Positions 25,661 through 26,992 of a stretch of DNA of 26,992 nucleotides are shown one piece after another. Every line of letters begins with the position of its first letter. Positions within the stretch are counted from its first letter, which is position 1. The stretch spans positions 1 to 26,992 of the forward strand of contig JBBRPR010000088.1 of the NCBI GenBank assembly GCA_038227875.1, read 5' to 3'. Both the position numbers and the translations under genes were made by a program. The notes below the pieces were generated by a model. It worked only from the letters and a program-made list of their open reading frames with translations. It searched no databases and was not told where the DNA came from. This DNA comes from Planctomycetota bacterium. Lineage in GTDB: Bacteria > Planctomycetota > SZUA-567 > H5-PLA8.

Positions 25661-25740
25661 CGGTCACTGGAATGATTTAAGTTCTATTCCGCACCTATTC
25701 ATCATCCTGTCTTGAGTAACGCTCCTGGAGTAACGCGACT

Positions 25741-26103
25741 ATGCCCCGAAAACGTAAACTTGAACGTCCTTCCGCCTGGACCCGCGCCCTAGACGACGCA
25801 GACGTTAGTGCGGCGCTTGAGGATGCAACCGTGGACGCGTACGGCGAGTCCGAAGAACACTCCGGGCTGCTCACCTTGATTGAGGATGAGTTGCAGTTCC
25901 CTTTTCGCGCCAGGATTTTGGGCGAGGAAGTTTCGATCGTTGGCATGGAGTGGCCGGACGACGATAGCTTCGGACTGAACCTGATCTGCGAAACTGGCAG
26001 AAAGAAGTATCTGGTCGAGGCTCGCTCTTTCAAACTGATCGCGCCGTTTCCGAAAGGCCACCTCTATCTGGCTGCGTATCTGGAGTGGAAGAGCAGACTC
26101 TAA
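25741..26103 (+). CDS. CcbP-like ('calcium-binding protein' family) small protein (120 aa)
   Basis: ATVDAYGESEE..G.L..IEDELQFPF.A and terminal LAAYLEW pattern recalled for this family; GGAG RBS. Confidence 0.65.
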   Translation: MPRKRKLERPSAWTRALDDADVSAALEDATVDAYGESEEHSGLLTLIEDELQFPFRARILGEEVSIVGMEWPDDDSFGLNLICETGRKKYLVEARSFKLIAPFPKGHLYLAAYLEWKSRL

Positions 26104-26540
26104 ACTCCGTTTGATCTGAACCGAAGTAGTCCGGCGCTCCAAAGCCGAAAAATCCCGATGGTAGCTCACTTCTCAGCGAACCAAATTGCCGTCTTATATT
26201 TGTCCAGCCGTCCCCGAGATTGAGTACACGCCGAGAAAACTCATGCCAGAATACGTTACATTTACGCCCTCAGACCGCTTTGCCGTCCGCCAGCAAAACC
26301 CCATTTGTCGGCATAGCCCCTCGCCCCCAAGGGCCATATTGGACGCTTTACTGACAAATCCGAAGGCGATTCGACGGCGTTCCAGGCGACCAGATCGCGG
26401 TCGGTGGGCCGACCATAGCCATTTTAGAGCGATATTTGAAAAATCGTGAGGCCTCGGGGGCGCGCTGCCAAAGCCGGCTTGCGTAGTGCGACCCCCAGAT
26501 CCTATATTGGCGTCTTCCACTATTTGAATGGAGAGAAGTT

Positions 26541-26717
26541 ATGGCCGTAAAATCGCGCGTGAAATCGAAGGTAAGGCTGTACGACGAGGTGCTGGCGATC
26601 GAACGGCGCGCTGTCCGGGCGCGAGTTGCCGGCATCTCGCCGCCGAATCCGTACGCCAACGTCCATCGTAAATTAAAGCGGGGCAGCCGGAACGCCGGCC
26701 GCTCCGCTTCTGAATGA
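26541..26717 (+). CDS. Small basic hypothetical protein (58 aa; below the ORF track cut-off)
   Basis: GGAG RBS, then ATG; MAVKSRVKSKVRLYDEVLAIERRAVRARVAGISPPNPYANVHRKLKRGSRNAGRSASE; TGA at 26715-26717. Confidence 0.45.
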   Translation: MAVKSRVKSKVRLYDEVLAIERRAVRARVAGISPPNPYANVHRKLKRGSRNAGRSASE

Positions 26718-26740
26718 TTTTACTGAGTGTCTTCCGGACC

Positions 26741-26992
26741 TCAGGACACCTTCACGCCCTTGAACGCCTCGTTGACGCCCTGCGTGACGCGGTCGAGGTA
26801 GCGCTGGGTCGTCTTCAGGTTGCTGTGCCCCAGCGCTCGGCGGATGGACTCGGCGCCCGCGCCGTTCTCGTGGGCCTCGGAGGCGAAGTAGTGCCGCAGG
26901 CAATGCGGCGACGCCCACTTCGGCAGCTTCGCCTTGGCGACGATCCGCTTGAACCTCTTATAGATTGTGGCGGGCGGAATGCGCAGGTCCGC
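26741..26992 (-). CDS. XerC/D-type tyrosine recombinase, C-terminal part (partial; absent from the ORF track)
   Basis: Minus-strand translation ...RFKRIVAKAKLPKWASPHCLRHYFASEAHENGAGAESIRRALGHSNLKTTQRY...KVS*, with canonical HxLRH, LGH and catalytic Y. Confidence 0.92.
   Translation of the reverse strand, partial: ADLRIPPATIYKRFKRIVAKAKLPKWASPHCLRHYFASEAHENGAGAESIRRALGHSNLKTTQRYLDRVTQGVNEAFKGVKVS

Larger units (their letters stand above)
24019..26992. mobile_element. Left end of a tRNA-Leu-targeted integrative element/genomic island; continues past the window
   Basis: Integrase immediately 3' of the tRNA, AT-rich junction with direct repeats, accessory genes and a second recombinase; no duplicate of the tRNA 3' end was seen within the window. 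Confidence 0.8.

Noticed and set aside
26104..26540. 108-aa minus ORF (26194-26520), 87-aa plus ORF, and a gtagtccgg REP-like word near 26126
   Set aside because: Atypical codon use with no recognisable motifs (possibly a decayed gene); the GTAG word lacks the REP palindrome

Overview
GC-rich bacterial DNA. The gene content (membrane-tethered ECF sigma, N-anchored coiled-coil protein, orphan leuB) suggests Planctomycetota, but this is an inference. From left to right: (1) the 3' end of a CDS and a bidirectional terminator; (2) two minus-strand membrane proteins of unknown function; (3) a DevC/FtsX-type permease and an unusually long HlyD-type adaptor, with no ATPase gene; (4) a 475-bp intergenic element with ~150-bp inverted arms whose ends are the stop codons of both flanking genes; (5) a three-gene ABC-2 exporter; (6) a GTAG-REP doublet; (7) a five-gene MoxR-vWA-beta-propeller ternary conflict system whose two large genes carry in-frame low-GC patches; (8) a module of membrane-tethered ECF sigma, DUF2892, FeeM-type N-acyl amino acid synthase and a soluble paralogous ECF sigma; (9) leuB; (10) an RpoE-like ECF, an anti-sigma with a duplicated anti-sigma domain, and a secreted protein; (11) a short-variable-arm tRNA-Leu(TAA), followed by the left end of an integrated element (atypical tyrosine integrase, CcbP-like gene, second Xer-type recombinase cut off by the window edge). 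All family calls come from reading motifs by eye; no database search was run.
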